From NCBI GenBank assembly GCA_963700145.1, contig OY969474.1, positions 4,256,001 to 4,320,000 of the forward strand: a stretch of DNA of 64,000 nt, written 5' to 3'. The notes beneath the pieces are model-generated. The model did not search any database and was not told where the DNA came from. It saw only the letters and a list, made by a program, of their open reading frames with translations. Made by a program: the position numbers and the translations under genes. Shown here piece after piece: positions 40,901 to 50,011 of this stretch (the stretch's first letter is position 1; every line of letters begins with the position of its first letter). This DNA is from an uncultured Acidobacteriota bacterium. Its GTDB lineage: Bacteria; Acidobacteriota; Thermoanaerobaculia; Multivoradales; UBA5704.

Positions 40901-41994
40901 GCGACGCGGTCGTCGTCGACCGGGTGTCGGCGCGCGTCGCCGGCGGCACCGTGCTGGCCTCCGGCCGGCTCGGCATCTTCGGCGACGAGCGCCCCGACGC
41001 CTACCGCTTCCAGCTCTCGGCCAACGACGTCTCGCTGCGCTACCCGGAGGGGTTCCTGATCCGCGGCGACGCCGAGCTGTCGCTGGTCGGCGGCCAGACC
41101 ACGCGCCAGCTCCGCGGCATCGTGACGCTCGACCGCGCCTACTACCTCCAGGACGTCGAGACCGGCACCTTCCAGCTCCTCCAGCGCGTGCTGCAGCGCG
41201 AGCGGCTGGAGATCGCCGAGACCGACCCGTTCCTGGCCTCGACGCAGCTCAACGTCCAGGTGCTGGGTCCCGAGGCCTTGCGCGTGCGCAACAACGTCGC
41301 CGACCTGACCGGAGGCCTCGAGCTCGTGCTGCGCGGTACGCTGGCGGCGCCGGTCGTCGTCGGCGAGGTGGAGCTGGTGCCCGGCGGCAAGCTCGTCTAC
41401 GCCGACAACGAGTACGAGATCGAGCGCGGGCGCCTGACCTTCAACAACCCCTACCGCATCGACCCGGTGATCGACCTCGTGGCCCGCACCGAGGTGCGCA
41501 ACTACGACATCCTCCTCTCCCTCTCCGGCACGCTCGAGCGGCTCAACGCCAAGTTCACCTCCGACGAGGGGCTGGCCGACCTCGAGGTCCTGGCGCTCCT
41601 CGCCACCGGCAAGGAGCTGGAAGGGGAGGGGCGCCTCTTCATCCCCGGGCAGCGGCCGGCGGACGAGGAGGGCGGCGCGGGAGCGCGCGGCTTCCTCTAC
41701 GGCCAGGCGGCCTCGGTGGTCTCGAAGCGGGTCTCGGCACTCTTCGGCTTCGACCGCTTCCGCATCGACCCGCTCGCCTCGACCGAGACCGGCACGGTCG
41801 GCGGCGTCCGCCTGACGGTGGGCAAGCGCATCTCGAAGGACCTCTTCGTCACCTACTCGAGCAACCCGGCGTCCTCCGAAGAGTACCTGCTGCGCGTCGA
41901 GTGGCAGGTGCGCGACAACGTCGTTCTGGTGCTGACCCGCGACGGCCAGGACGAGACCTTCGCCGTCGACGCCGAGTGGGAGAAGCGCTTTTGA
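37924..41994 (+). CDS. TamB/AsmA-like translocation and assembly protein
   Basis: N-terminal TM, long beta-strand-rich body, DUF490-like C-terminus ending EWEKRF; adjacent to an Omp85 gene. Confidence 0.85.
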   Translation: MSERDGLPPEPPPAADVPPPAPAAAELGSLPPRPVGGGPGRVRRWVIRPVVWGLLVVVLALTALLLFSQSELAHRRAAALVVARLSETLGRQVQVGGVDYDLFPLAFELHDVVVPGARPGEPPFAVVPVIRIQATWRDLRKRVLALEQIEVLRPRVNLVFFPDGTSNVPSLRGRQGGKQRFEVRIGRVLVQDGRLRVDQRELPLELDARAVWGRLTGREPDILDGLVTAQQVVVTLPDARPYRLTLSARGSFSPGVIRIVAGRFSAPEVRGTVAGTYEWEGTKKTMGLDLEASGLAQLANALGYAEEPIEGPWTTRGRLTMDGAKWRFAGAVASPQIATLGRVFRDIEADLTVEPGSVVAENAHAHYAGGTVRGTVLVDTDAETPEGAGQPIELDLDLAGLDLASLLADQDMPLPGAAARISGPFTYRFLSADALAGSGAATLRLEGTAGAEPASRRVLPISGTVELAIADGVVSTEGARLTAPEQALFASGSYSLPAGRGRFELRLETGDLGRLAVMVPVEGEPPAWLPTAGRGQAAGTLEIADGEFTLATTLDLTAVAAPALEADRLTGTLTYSPEAIRDLRLTATRGDGSLAVTGTVPLPDGGGGGRPLVLAVQANSWPLAGAADLFPGLPPVTGTATGQVDLRGTVDDLGGEAVLALADLTLSGHELGEAQVDVVFSGPVVTLRRAQVFAPAGELLASGRIDRRTGELTFTADAPALDLEKQPLRGLLTGEMSGIVTLRAAAGGTLEEPNGRLSLTGTDLRVGGRSLPEGSTTQLSAVWDGRQLTAEGSLAGLLTLNGGGRLDRRGAELVFAVQSHDLGTIARIASPRPLPEFSGRLVGELRVAGEFTEGGNLQARLTVPELALAYQDQTLANVEPVVLTWTPEALRVESLYLREPQTESDLFLTGTIGLGATPNPLDLRLQSTVSARWAEVVLPGVQMSGYLDLLASVRGTTDDPALDGVGELRQARLILPNFPHAFEELTGTVLLYRDAVVVDRVSARVAGGTVLASGRLGIFGDERPDAYRFQLSANDVSLRYPEGFLIRGDAELSLVGGQTTRQLRGIVTLDRAYYLQDVETGTFQLLQRVLQRERLEIAETDPFLASTQLNVQVLGPEALRVRNNVADLTGGLELVLRGTLAAPVVVGEVELVPGGKLVYADNEYEIERGRLTFNNPYRIDPVIDLVARTEVRNYDILLSLSGTLERLNAKFTSDEGLADLEVLALLATGKELEGEGRLFIPGQRPADEEGGAGARGFLYGQAASVVSKRVSALFGFDRFRIDPLASTETGTVGGVRLTVGKRISKDLFVTYSSNPASSEEYLLRVEWQVRDNVVLVLTRDGQDETFAVDAEWEKRF

Positions 41995-44843
41995 AGGAGC
42001 GCGCCGCGGCGCTCGGAACGGCGCTGCTGCTGGCGCTCGCCGCGGCGGCGCCGGCGCGAGGACAGGAAGCGGCGGCTGAGCCCGAGGAGAAGGGCCCGAT
42101 CGTGCGCCTGATCGAGATCCGCAGCGAGGCCGCGCTGCCGGAGAAGGAGCGCGAGGAGATGGGCTCGCTCCTCGCCGTCGAGGTGGGCAAGCCCCTCACC
42201 GACGAGCGGGTGCGCCGCACCCTGCGCAACGTGCAGGCGAGCGGCGCGGCCTACGAGGTGGAGCTCTACACGCGGCCGGCCGAAGGGGAGGACGGCGTGG
42301 TCGTCGCCGTCGTCCTGCGCCCGCCGGTGCGGGTCGAGCGCGTGCTCCTCGAGGGCGAGCTCGGGATCTCCGAGAGCGAGCTGCGGCGGGTGGTGCCGCA
42401 GCGCGCCGGCGACCCGCTGATCGAAGACCGCGTGGTGCGCGGCGTCTTCGAGATGCAGGACCTCTTCCGCGAGCGCGGCTACCTCAAGGCCGACGTGCGC
42501 GTGCGGGTGGCGATCGACGAGCCGAGCCGCCGCGCCGACGTCGTCTACCAGATCGCCGGCGGCCCGCGCGCCCGCGTCGGCGCGGTCGAGTTCCAGGGGG
42601 AGACGGCGCCCTTCACCCCGGAGAAGCTCATCGAGCGCCTCCAGGCCAAGCCCGGCGAGCCCTACGGCCGCGGCCGCGTGCGCGACGACGCCGAGCGCCT
42701 CCAGACCTGGCTCATCGAGCAAGGCTACCGCACGGCGCGCGTCGACCTGCCCGAGGAGCGCGCCGACGCCGAGGCGGGGACGGTCCACCTCACCTACCCG
42801 ATCGCCGTCGGGCCGCGGGTCGAGCTGCACGTCGTCGGCGCCGAGGTCAAGCGCCTGCGCAAGCAGGACCTGCTGCCGTTCATGGAGGAGCAGGGGTACG
42901 ACGAGGCGCTGGTCCTGCAGGCGACGGCGCGCATCAAGGAGCACTACCAGCGGCAGGGGCACTACAAGGTGCAGGTGGACTGGAAGGAGGAGCGGCAGGA
43001 AGGCCTGCTCGACGTCGTCCTCACCATCGTTCCCGGCCCCGTGTACCGGCTCCAAGAGGTGGAGTTCACCGGCAACCAGAGCTTCGACGACGAGGAGCTG
43101 GAGGACCTGATGACGGTCGGCGAGCGCAGCCTCCTGGCGCTCGGCAGCGGCCGGCTCATCGAGGAGGAGCTGGAGGCGGACATCGAGAACCTGCGCCGCT
43201 TCTACGCCCTCCAGGGTTTCGCCGAGGCGGAGGTGGGGCCGCCGGTCGTCTCGGAGCGCGGCGAGGAGCTGCGGCTCGAGATCCCGGTCGTCGAGGGGGC
43301 GCGCCGGCGGGTCGGCGCGCTCGACTTCCGCGACGTCAAGGCGCTCGACCTCGACGACCTGCGCGAGCAGCTGCCGCTCGAGGAGCAGGGGCCGTTCCAC
43401 CCGTTGCTCCTCGAGCAGACGCTCGCCGTGGTGCGCGCCGCCTACGCCGACGCGGGGTACGCGGAGGCGCAGGTCTCGGCGGAGGCCAACTGGAGCCCCG
43501 ACGAGACGGTGGTGGACCTGGCGATCGCCGCCATCGAAGGGCCGCAGACCGTGGTCGACCGGGTCATCGTGCGCGGCAACCGGGTGACCGAGAGCGAGGT
43601 CATCCGCCGCACCCTGGGCGTCGAGCGCGGCGAGCCGATCAGCGACACCCGGCTCCTCGAGCTCGAGCGCGACCTCTACCAGCTCGGCATTTTCTCGAGC
43701 GTCGAGGTCGAGCTGACGCGCGCCGGCCTCGGCGGGGCGCGGCGGGATCTCGTGGTGCGGGTCGAGGAGGGCAAGCCGCGGCGCGTCACCTACGGCCTCG
43801 GCTACGAGTACAACGGCGACGACCACGAGCAGAGCGGGCCGCGCGGCGGCGTCTCCTTCAGCCACGCCAACCTCTGGGGCAAGGCGGTGAGCCTGCGCGC
43901 CGACCTGCGGCTCTCGGAGTTCGACCAGAGCACGCGACTGATCGTCGACCAGCCCTACGTCTTCCGCCTGGGCGTGCCGCTCACCTCCTCGCTCTTCTAC
44001 TTCCACGAAACGAAGGACCACTGGGAGGTGGACCGCTACGGCACGCGCTTCGAGGCGGTCGAGACCTTCACCGACCGGCGGGTGGGGCTGGCGCTCGACT
44101 ACCGGGTGGTCGAGACGACCCTCGATCCGGACTTCGGCTTGATCGACGTGGACGAGCGGGAGGACCGCCCCTACCACCTTTCGAGCATCGTCCCCAGCTT
44201 CCTCTGGGACCGGCGCGACGACCCGGTGTTGGCGACCGAGGGGTGGAGCACGCTGGCGCAGCTCCAGTACGCCTTCCCGGTCTTCGGCACCGACGGCGAC
44301 TTCCTGAAGCTCTTCGTGCAGCAGACGCAGTACCTGCCGTTCGGGCGGGCCGGCGTGCTGGTCGGGAGCGTGCGCTTCGGCGGCATCGAGCCCTTCGCCA
44401 AGCTGGAGGAGGACGACCCCGAGCTGCCGGACGACCTGCCGTCGAGCGACATCTTCATCGACGAGCGCTTCTTCGCCGGCGGCCAGACGACCCACCGCGC
44501 CTACGAGAAGGACGACCTGGGGATCCGCGGCGAGACGCTGATCCAGCGGCCCAACGAAGACGGCTTCGCCGAGGTCGGGGGCAACGGCCTCTTTCTTTTC
44601 AATCTGGAGTACCGCTTCCCCATCGCCGGCGCCTTCGGCGGCACCGTCTTCTACGACGCCGGCAACGTCTGGGCCGACTGGCAGTCGATCGACTGGGGCG
44701 ACGTCAAGCAGGGCGTCGGCGTCGGCGTCCGCTACCTCTCCCCCATCGGCCCCCTCCGCCTCGACGCCGGCTGGAAGCTCGACCCCGACGAAGGCGAGAG
44801 CCGCGGGCCGGTGCTGCTGATCTCGTTCGGGAACCCGTTCTAG
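41991..44843 (+). CDS. BamA/TamA (Omp85) family outer membrane protein
   Basis: POTRA repeats, RFFAGG, FYDAGNVW, SPIGPLRLD, C-terminal FGNPF. Confidence 0.9.
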   Translation: MKERAAALGTALLLALAAAAPARGQEAAAEPEEKGPIVRLIEIRSEAALPEKEREEMGSLLAVEVGKPLTDERVRRTLRNVQASGAAYEVELYTRPAEGEDGVVVAVVLRPPVRVERVLLEGELGISESELRRVVPQRAGDPLIEDRVVRGVFEMQDLFRERGYLKADVRVRVAIDEPSRRADVVYQIAGGPRARVGAVEFQGETAPFTPEKLIERLQAKPGEPYGRGRVRDDAERLQTWLIEQGYRTARVDLPEERADAEAGTVHLTYPIAVGPRVELHVVGAEVKRLRKQDLLPFMEEQGYDEALVLQATARIKEHYQRQGHYKVQVDWKEERQEGLLDVVLTIVPGPVYRLQEVEFTGNQSFDDEELEDLMTVGERSLLALGSGRLIEEELEADIENLRRFYALQGFAEAEVGPPVVSERGEELRLEIPVVEGARRRVGALDFRDVKALDLDDLREQLPLEEQGPFHPLLLEQTLAVVRAAYADAGYAEAQVSAEANWSPDETVVDLAIAAIEGPQTVVDRVIVRGNRVTESEVIRRTLGVERGEPISDTRLLELERDLYQLGIFSSVEVELTRAGLGGARRDLVVRVEEGKPRRVTYGLGYEYNGDDHEQSGPRGGVSFSHANLWGKAVSLRADLRLSEFDQSTRLIVDQPYVFRLGVPLTSSLFYFHETKDHWEVDRYGTRFEAVETFTDRRVGLALDYRVVETTLDPDFGLIDVDEREDRPYHLSSIVPSFLWDRRDDPVLATEGWSTLAQLQYAFPVFGTDGDFLKLFVQQTQYLPFGRAGVLVGSVRFGGIEPFAKLEEDDPELPDDLPSSDIFIDERFFAGGQTTHRAYEKDDLGIRGETLIQRPNEDGFAEVGGNGLFLFNLEYRFPIAGAFGGTVFYDAGNVWADWQSIDWGDVKQGVGVGVRYLSPIGPLRLDAGWKLDPDEGESRGPVLLISFGNPF

Positions 44844-45064
44844 CGGGCGCGCGAGGTGGGGATTGCGGCGGCGGCCTTCAAAACGGCCCGGAGGGCCTCG
44901 TTCACGGACTCGTCCGTGGTGAACGCCTCCGCGACATCCGGATCGAGCCGCACGAGGTTGGTGCCGCGGCTGTAGGAGGCAGCGTGCTTGCCCCGCACCC
45001 CACCCGCCATCTGAGAGAAGTCGTACTCCTCTCGCAGCTCGTCGGTCTCGTCAACCCTCTTCAT
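44840..45064 (-). CDS. BrnA-like antitoxin, orphan
   Basis: DELREEYDFS..GVRGKH..NLVRLDPDVAEAF..ESVNEALR. Confidence 0.78.
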   Translation of the reverse strand: MKRVDETDELREEYDFSQMAGGVRGKHAASYSRGTNLVRLDPDVAEAFTTDESVNEALRAVLKAAAAIPTSRAR

Positions 45065-45098
45065 AGAAAGTTCCGCTCTTCCGCGTCGCCCGCGACTC

Positions 45099-45416
45099 TC
45101 AGCGCCTAGCGGATAGGGATTGCCGCTGCGGCGCGTGCTCCTGGGCGCCGGGGACGAGCTGGACCTGGAGCTCGGCGCCAAGGGCGCGGGCCAGCCGCAC
45201 CATCGTCGCGAGCGTGAAGTTCACGTTCCCGCGCAGGATCTTGGTGACATACGCCGGCGTGGAGCCGAGCCGGCGGGCCAGCTCCGCGCGGCTCACGCCT
45301 TCGCGCTCCATGGCGTGCGTGAGGTCCTCCGTGAAGGCGAGGATCGCCCCCGATACCCAGTAGTCCTCGTGACGCTCGGCCTCTTCGAAGAGCTCGGGGA
45401 AGGTCTTGGGCTTCAT
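45099..45416 (-). CDS. HigA-like Xre antitoxin
   Basis: GVSRAELARRLGSTPAYVTKILRGNVNFTLATMVRLARAL. Confidence 0.85.
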   Translation of the reverse strand: MKPKTFPELFEEAERHEDYWVSGAILAFTEDLTHAMEREGVSRAELARRLGSTPAYVTKILRGNVNFTLATMVRLARALGAELQVQLVPGAQEHAPQRQSLSARR

Positions 45417-45811
45417 CGCTGGTCCTCCACGGTTACGAGGCGGTGCTTCTTCGCGTGCTGATAGGCGCGGTGGGCCGCGAGCGCTCGCTCGATCTCGGCA
45501 GCGGGAGTCTTCCTCGTGCGCTTCACGAACCCGTGGCTGCAGACAACGAGCCGGCCCTCGTCGTAGAACCAGAGCACCCGCAGACGGCCGGCGATGAGCT
45601 CCCAGATCGCACCGGCGATCTTGTGCGACACCTCGACGTTTCGCGGCGGACCGTGCTCCGCTACGAACGAGAGCAGCCGCAGCATCGCCCGGCCGTCCGC
45701 GGCGAGTCGCGCGTCAAGGCCCGCGAGAAACTCGAGCAACGGGCAGTCGCCGCGCGTCCCGCAGATCGCCAGAACGTCCCAGCGGGACCGCGTGACCCGC
45801 CGGAGCCTCAT
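45413..45811 (-). CDS. RelE/HigB (Gp49-like) toxin
   Basis: IWELIAGRLRVLWFYD..VVCSHGFVKRTRKTP..EIERA; toxin-first order. Confidence 0.85.
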   Translation of the reverse strand: MRLRRVTRSRWDVLAICGTRGDCPLLEFLAGLDARLAADGRAMLRLLSFVAEHGPPRNVEVSHKIAGAIWELIAGRLRVLWFYDEGRLVVCSHGFVKRTRKTPAAEIERALAAHRAYQHAKKHRLVTVEDQR

Positions 45812-45837
45812 CTTAACCTAAGAGTTAAAGGTGTCAA
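45810..45837 (-). promoter_or_regulatory. higBA promoter with TTAAC-N6-GTTAA operator
   Basis: Minus strand TTGACA-16 nt-TAAGAT; palindrome arms at 45813-45817 and 45824-45828. Confidence 0.65.
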
Positions 45838-45924
45838 TCCGCTACCTCCCATCCCGTCAAAGACGGAATCGGAGGCCGGGAACCTTGCAGAAGCTGCGCG
45901 CCGGCGGCCGCTGCGGCCAGCCGC

Positions 45925-47496
45925 CTACTGGAAGTAGCCGACGATGTCGAGGATCAAGTCGACCGAGCCGTCGTAGTTGCCCTGGTACTCGAAGCTGGTC
46001 CGGGCCTCGACTCTCAGGCCCATGTCGGTGCAGACGGGGAGGACGCCGTTGTTGGCGCGTGGCGGGCCGATGCGGAACTTCAGGAACTCCACTGAGGTCC
46101 CGGCGGACATGTCGATGTCGTGGAAGTAGAGCTCACCGCCGCGGGTGGCGTTGGCGACCGTGACGTTGACGGCCAGGGCCGTCGCCTGCCCGGGGACGCC
46201 GCAGCGGCCCTCGACTTCGAACACGCGAGTATCGAAGGAGGGGAAGCTGAACGAAGGCGGTCCGTAGGGCACCCCGGGCGCGCCGCGGGTGTCGACGACC
46301 CGGCAGGGCGTGACGGTGTGGTACGAGCTGAGGAAGTCTCCCGGCCCCTGGTCCTCGAGCGCGCCGGCGTCGCAGTCGGCGACGCTGTCGCCGTCGCCGT
46401 CGATCGGGCGCGGCGAGCCGCGTTGGTCGGTGACCAAGGTGCACGCGGCGGCGGGGACGAAGTCGATGGCCGGTGAGGAGGGTTGGAGGGCGATGGTGCG
46501 CTGCAGCTGGCCATTGCAGCCGAGCGCGGTGAGGACCGGGTCGACGCCCACCAGGCTGCCCGTCGAGCTGTCGGCCGTGAAGCCGGCCGCGGTCTCGATC
46601 ACGCAGCGCTCCAGGGTGAGCGCGGTGTTAGGGCTGTCGTTGTCGAAGATGTCCGCACCCGCCGGAGCCTTGTTGTCCCCCACCACCACGTGCCGCAAGT
46701 TGGCGGTGATGGTGCCCGCCCCCGTGAGGTAGATCCCGCCGCCCGAGGTGATGGCGCCGTTCCCGGCGACGGTGACGTGGTGGAGGTTCACCACCGCGGT
46801 CGCACCGACGACGGTTTCCACGGCGAGGCCGCCGCCGGAGGCAGGCGCCGTCGCCCCCGGGTTTCCGCCCCCGGCGGAGTTGTTGGCGAGGGTCACGTTG
46901 GTGAGGGTCAGCGTGCGGGTGATGGCAGTGGCAAGTCGGAAGCTGACACCGCCGCCGTAGTGAGGGTAGACGTTGAACGCGTCGAAGACGATGTTGCGGC
47001 TGATCTCGCCGTCCGTGACGGCGAGATTCCCGTCGGTCATGCTGATCCCGCCACCATACGTCTCGAACTGGGCGGAGCCGTTGAGGATGCGCACGCGGGT
47101 GAGCGTCAGGTCGGCGCCGGTGGAAACCACGCGGCCCAGCCTGACGTCGTCGATCTGCGAGCCGCTGGCGCCGCTCTCGAACCTCAAACCGCCGATCGAC
47201 ACCAGGGCGACGCCGGGCCCGTCGATGGTGATCGGCGAGGTCACCGCGGTGTTGCTCGCGACCCCCAGGGCCACCGGCAGGCAGCAGCTCGCCCAGAGCT
47301 GAGGGTCGAACTGCACGACGTCCATGCCCGCAGAGCCAGGGGCGCACGCGGGCTGGCCGGCATTGCCGGCGTTGGCATTCTTGATCGCCGCGGTCAGCGA
47401 GCAGCCGTTGTCGCCCGCCGTGTTCACCGTGATGACGTTGGCGCCGGCGGGCAAGGCCATCGCGAGCGCCGCGAGCAGAAGCGTGAACCGCAGCAT
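45925..47496 (-). CDS. secreted beta-helix protein (CSLREA-like start, choice-of-anchor Q-like region)
   Basis: Signal peptide, CSLTAAI, GGG repeats, SSPAID..DQRG..CDAGALE, C-terminal TVTPCRVVDTR domain. Confidence 0.78.
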   Translation of the reverse strand: MLRFTLLLAALAMALPAGANVITVNTAGDNGCSLTAAIKNANAGNAGQPACAPGSAGMDVVQFDPQLWASCCLPVALGVASNTAVTSPITIDGPGVALVSIGGLRFESGASGSQIDDVRLGRVVSTGADLTLTRVRILNGSAQFETYGGGISMTDGNLAVTDGEISRNIVFDAFNVYPHYGGGVSFRLATAITRTLTLTNVTLANNSAGGGNPGATAPASGGGLAVETVVGATAVVNLHHVTVAGNGAITSGGGIYLTGAGTITANLRHVVVGDNKAPAGADIFDNDSPNTALTLERCVIETAAGFTADSSTGSLVGVDPVLTALGCNGQLQRTIALQPSSPAIDFVPAAACTLVTDQRGSPRPIDGDGDSVADCDAGALEDQGPGDFLSSYHTVTPCRVVDTRGAPGVPYGPPSFSFPSFDTRVFEVEGRCGVPGQATALAVNVTVANATRGGELYFHDIDMSAGTSVEFLKFRIGPPRANNGVLPVCTDMGLRVEARTSFEYQGNYDGSVDLILDIVGYFQ

Positions 47497-47550
47497 TGGC
47501 GTCGATGTTAGCGCAGCCCGGTCGGTGGGGCCGAGCGTCGCTCTGATTGA

Positions 47551-47961
47551 TTACTCCCCTGAGAACCAGTTCTCCAGAGCGAGGCCAGGTACGTTCTGGA
47601 AGTGGCGAACGTTACGAGTCACGAGCACGAGCTCGTGGACCGAGGCCGTCGCGGCGAGGATGGCGTCGGGCACCTCGATCCCCTTGCCGCTCTTGCGCAA
47701 CGCGGCGCGGAGGTCCGCGGTCGCAAGCGCTACTCGCTCATCGATCGGAAGCCAGATCGGAAGAGGCAGGATCTCGCGCTGCACCTTGCCCCAGACGACG
47801 CTGGATTGAGGGTGGATGGCGGCGCCGAAGCGCAGCTCGTAGCGCGTGATCTCGGAAGCGAAGAGCATCGCCGGATCGGTTGAGAGCAGCCGCCGAACCA
47901 GCGGCAGGTGCGGCTGCGGGCGGATCAGCTCGGAGACGACGTTGGTGTCGACGAGGAACAC
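47551..47961 (-). CDS. VapC PIN toxin
   Basis: FLVDTNVVSEL, ELRFG, DAILAATA, LVTRNVRHF. Confidence 0.9.
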   Translation of the reverse strand: MFLVDTNVVSELIRPQPHLPLVRRLLSTDPAMLFASEITRYELRFGAAIHPQSSVVWGKVQREILPLPIWLPIDERVALATADLRAALRKSGKGIEVPDAILAATASVHELVLVTRNVRHFQNVPGLALENWFSGE

Positions 47962-47986
47962 GTGCAGGGCAGCGGTCGGACGGTGC

Positions 47987-48310
47987 TCAAGCAGCGGAGC
48001 CGAATGGATCGCGCGAGGCCCAAGACTCCCGCCGAACCTCGTCGAGGGACTGAAAGAACGACTCGTCCTCGATGCCGTCGGGATTGAGCCAGCCCCCGTC
48101 CGGGAGCTGCACGAGCCGGGCTCTCCAGCGCTCCCATGCCTCTCGCCGCCCTTCACCGGCCGGGGTTTCGCCCTCGGCGACGCCAGCGGTGTGCTCGAGC
48201 TTTTCGCCGATCGCCTCGGCGACCAGATCGCGGAGCGGCCGGCCCTGCTGGGCGGCAACTGCCTTGGCCTTCCGAAGCAGCGGATCGGGCAGATCGAAGG
48301 TCGTCTTCAC
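47987..48310 (-). CDS. VapB-like RHH antitoxin
   Basis: MKTTFDLPDPLLRKAKAVAA..LRDLVAEAI; directly upstream of VapC. Confidence 0.8.
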   Translation of the reverse strand: MKTTFDLPDPLLRKAKAVAAQQGRPLRDLVAEAIGEKLEHTAGVAEGETPAGEGRREAWERWRARLVQLPDGGWLNPDGIEDESFFQSLDEVRRESWASRDPFGSAA

Positions 48311-48342
48311 GGCGGGCAGTATTTACGGCTCAACGATTCCCG

Positions 48343-48660
48343 TCAAGGCTTGAGGCCGCTGCTGGCGACGACGGTGTAGTGGACCACCTCGGGCTCGAAC
48401 TCGAGGAGGTAGTCGTCGTCTTCGGGGTAGTACTTCGCCTTGAGGACGTCGTCGCCGGCGAAGCCGCGGACGGCTTCTTCTGACTCCCAGAAGGTCACGG
48501 TCAGGAAGTGCGTCTCGTCGGCTTCGTCGCGCCGGAGGACGTAGACGCCGAGGTTGCCCGGGGTGGACCGGTAGTCGGGGATCGCGCGTGCCGCGACGAA
48601 GTCCGCGTAGGCGTCGCCGCGGTCGCGGCGGGTCTTCCCATGCCAGATCCGGACGAGCAT
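48343..48660 (-). CDS. antibiotic biosynthesis monooxygenase (ABM) family protein
   Basis: RIWHG, PGNLG, TFWESEEAVRGFAG, YYPEDDDYL. Confidence 0.82.
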   Translation of the reverse strand: MLVRIWHGKTRRDRGDAYADFVAARAIPDYRSTPGNLGVYVLRRDEADETHFLTVTFWESEEAVRGFAGDDVLKAKYYPEDDDYLLEFEPEVVHYTVVASSGLKP

Positions 48661-48760
48661 GCTTGGCGCCTCCTGCCGGCGATAGGGTAGAGCAGAAACC
48701 CCGCGACCAGGGCCCTTCGCCGTGACTTGCTAGAATCGCTGCTTCGGCGAGCGCTCAACC

Positions 48761-49984
48761 ATGACCCCTCACCCCACCCCCTTCGCCCCCATCGAGGAGG
48801 CGATCGAGCAGTTCCGCCAGGGGCGGATGGTGATCATCGTCGACGACGAGGACCGGGAGAACGAGGGGGATCTGGCGATCGCGGCGGAGAAGGTGACGCC
48901 GCAGGCGATCAACTTCATGGCCAAGCACGGGCGCGGGCTGGTCTGCCTGACGCTCACCGACGAGCGGTGCGCCGAGCTGGCGCTGCCGCTCATGGTGGAC
49001 TCGACGACCAACACCTCGACCTTCAACACCGCCTTCACCGTCTCGATCGAGGCGCGCGGCAAGGTGACGACCGGGATCTCCGCCGCCGACCGCGCCGCCA
49101 CCATCCTGACCGCCATCGACCCGCGCACCCGGCCCGAGGACCTGCTGCGGCCGGGGCACGTCTTCCCGCTGCGCGCGCGGCGCGGCGGCGTCCTCAAGCG
49201 CGCCGGGCAGACGGAGGCCTCGGTCGACCTCGCGGCGCTCGCCGGGCTCCACCCCGCGGGCGTCATCTGCGAGATCATGAACGACGACGGCACCATGGCC
49301 CGGGTGCCGGACCTCGTCGCCTTCGCCCGCGAGCACGGTCTTCTCCTCGTCACCGTCGCCGACCTGATCGGCTACCGGCTGCGCCACGAGACCCTCGTCC
49401 GCCGTCTCGCCGCGCCGCGCCTGCCCACCCGCTGGGGGGAGTTCCGCCTCCACGCCTACCGCGCCGACGCGACCGGCGAGGAGCACGTCGCCCTGGTCAT
49501 GGGCGAGGTGCGCGAGGACGAGCCAGTGCTGGTGCGGGTCCACAGCCAGTGCCTGACCGGCGACGTCTTCGGCTCGGCGCGCTGCGACTGCGGCACCCAG
49601 CTCGAGCAGGCGCTGGCCAAGATCGCCGACGAAGGCAAGGGCGTCCTCCTCTACCTCCTGCAGGAGGGGCGCGGCATCGGCCTGGTCAACAAGCTCAAGG
49701 CCTACGAGCTGCAGGAGCTGGGGCACGACACGGTCGAGGCCAACGAGAAGCTCGGCTTTCGCCCCGACCAGCGCGACTACGGCATCGGGGCGCAGATCCT
49801 GCGCGACCTCGGCGTGCGCAAGATGCGCCTGATGACCAACAACCCGAGCAAGTACGTCGGCCTCGGCGGCTACGGCCTCGAGATCGTCGACCGCGTGCCG
49901 CTCGAGGTGGCGCCCACCGACAGCACCCGCGACTACCTGCGCACCAAGCGCGACAAGCTCGGGCACCTGCTCAAGCTGGTGTGA
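48761..49984 (+). CDS. ribBA: bifunctional DHBP synthase / GTP cyclohydrolase II
   Basis: [45 protein letters not shown]. Confidence 0.97.
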   Translation: MTPHPTPFAPIEEAIEQFRQGRMVIIVDDEDRENEGDLAIAAEKVTPQAINFMAKHGRGLVCLTLTDERCAELALPLMVDSTTNTSTFNTAFTVSIEARGKVTTGISAADRAATILTAIDPRTRPEDLLRPGHVFPLRARRGGVLKRAGQTEASVDLAALAGLHPAGVICEIMNDDGTMARVPDLVAFAREHGLLLVTVADLIGYRLRHETLVRRLAAPRLPTRWGEFRLHAYRADATGEEHVALVMGEVREDEPVLVRVHSQCLTGDVFGSARCDCGTQLEQALAKIADEGKGVLLYLLQEGRGIGLVNKLKAYELQELGHDTVEANEKLGFRPDQRDYGIGAQILRDLGVRKMRLMTNNPSKYVGLGGYGLEIVDRVPLEVAPTDSTRDYLRTKRDKLGHLLKLV

Positions 49985-50011
49985 CGCCCGGCACGTAGGC
50001 CGGGCGCTACG

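Noticed and set aside
36592-44843. 1800-aa and 2028-aa giant ORFs and long antisense ORFs
   Set aside because: GC-rich read-through upstream of the true starts (37924, 41991) and shadow frames of real genes.
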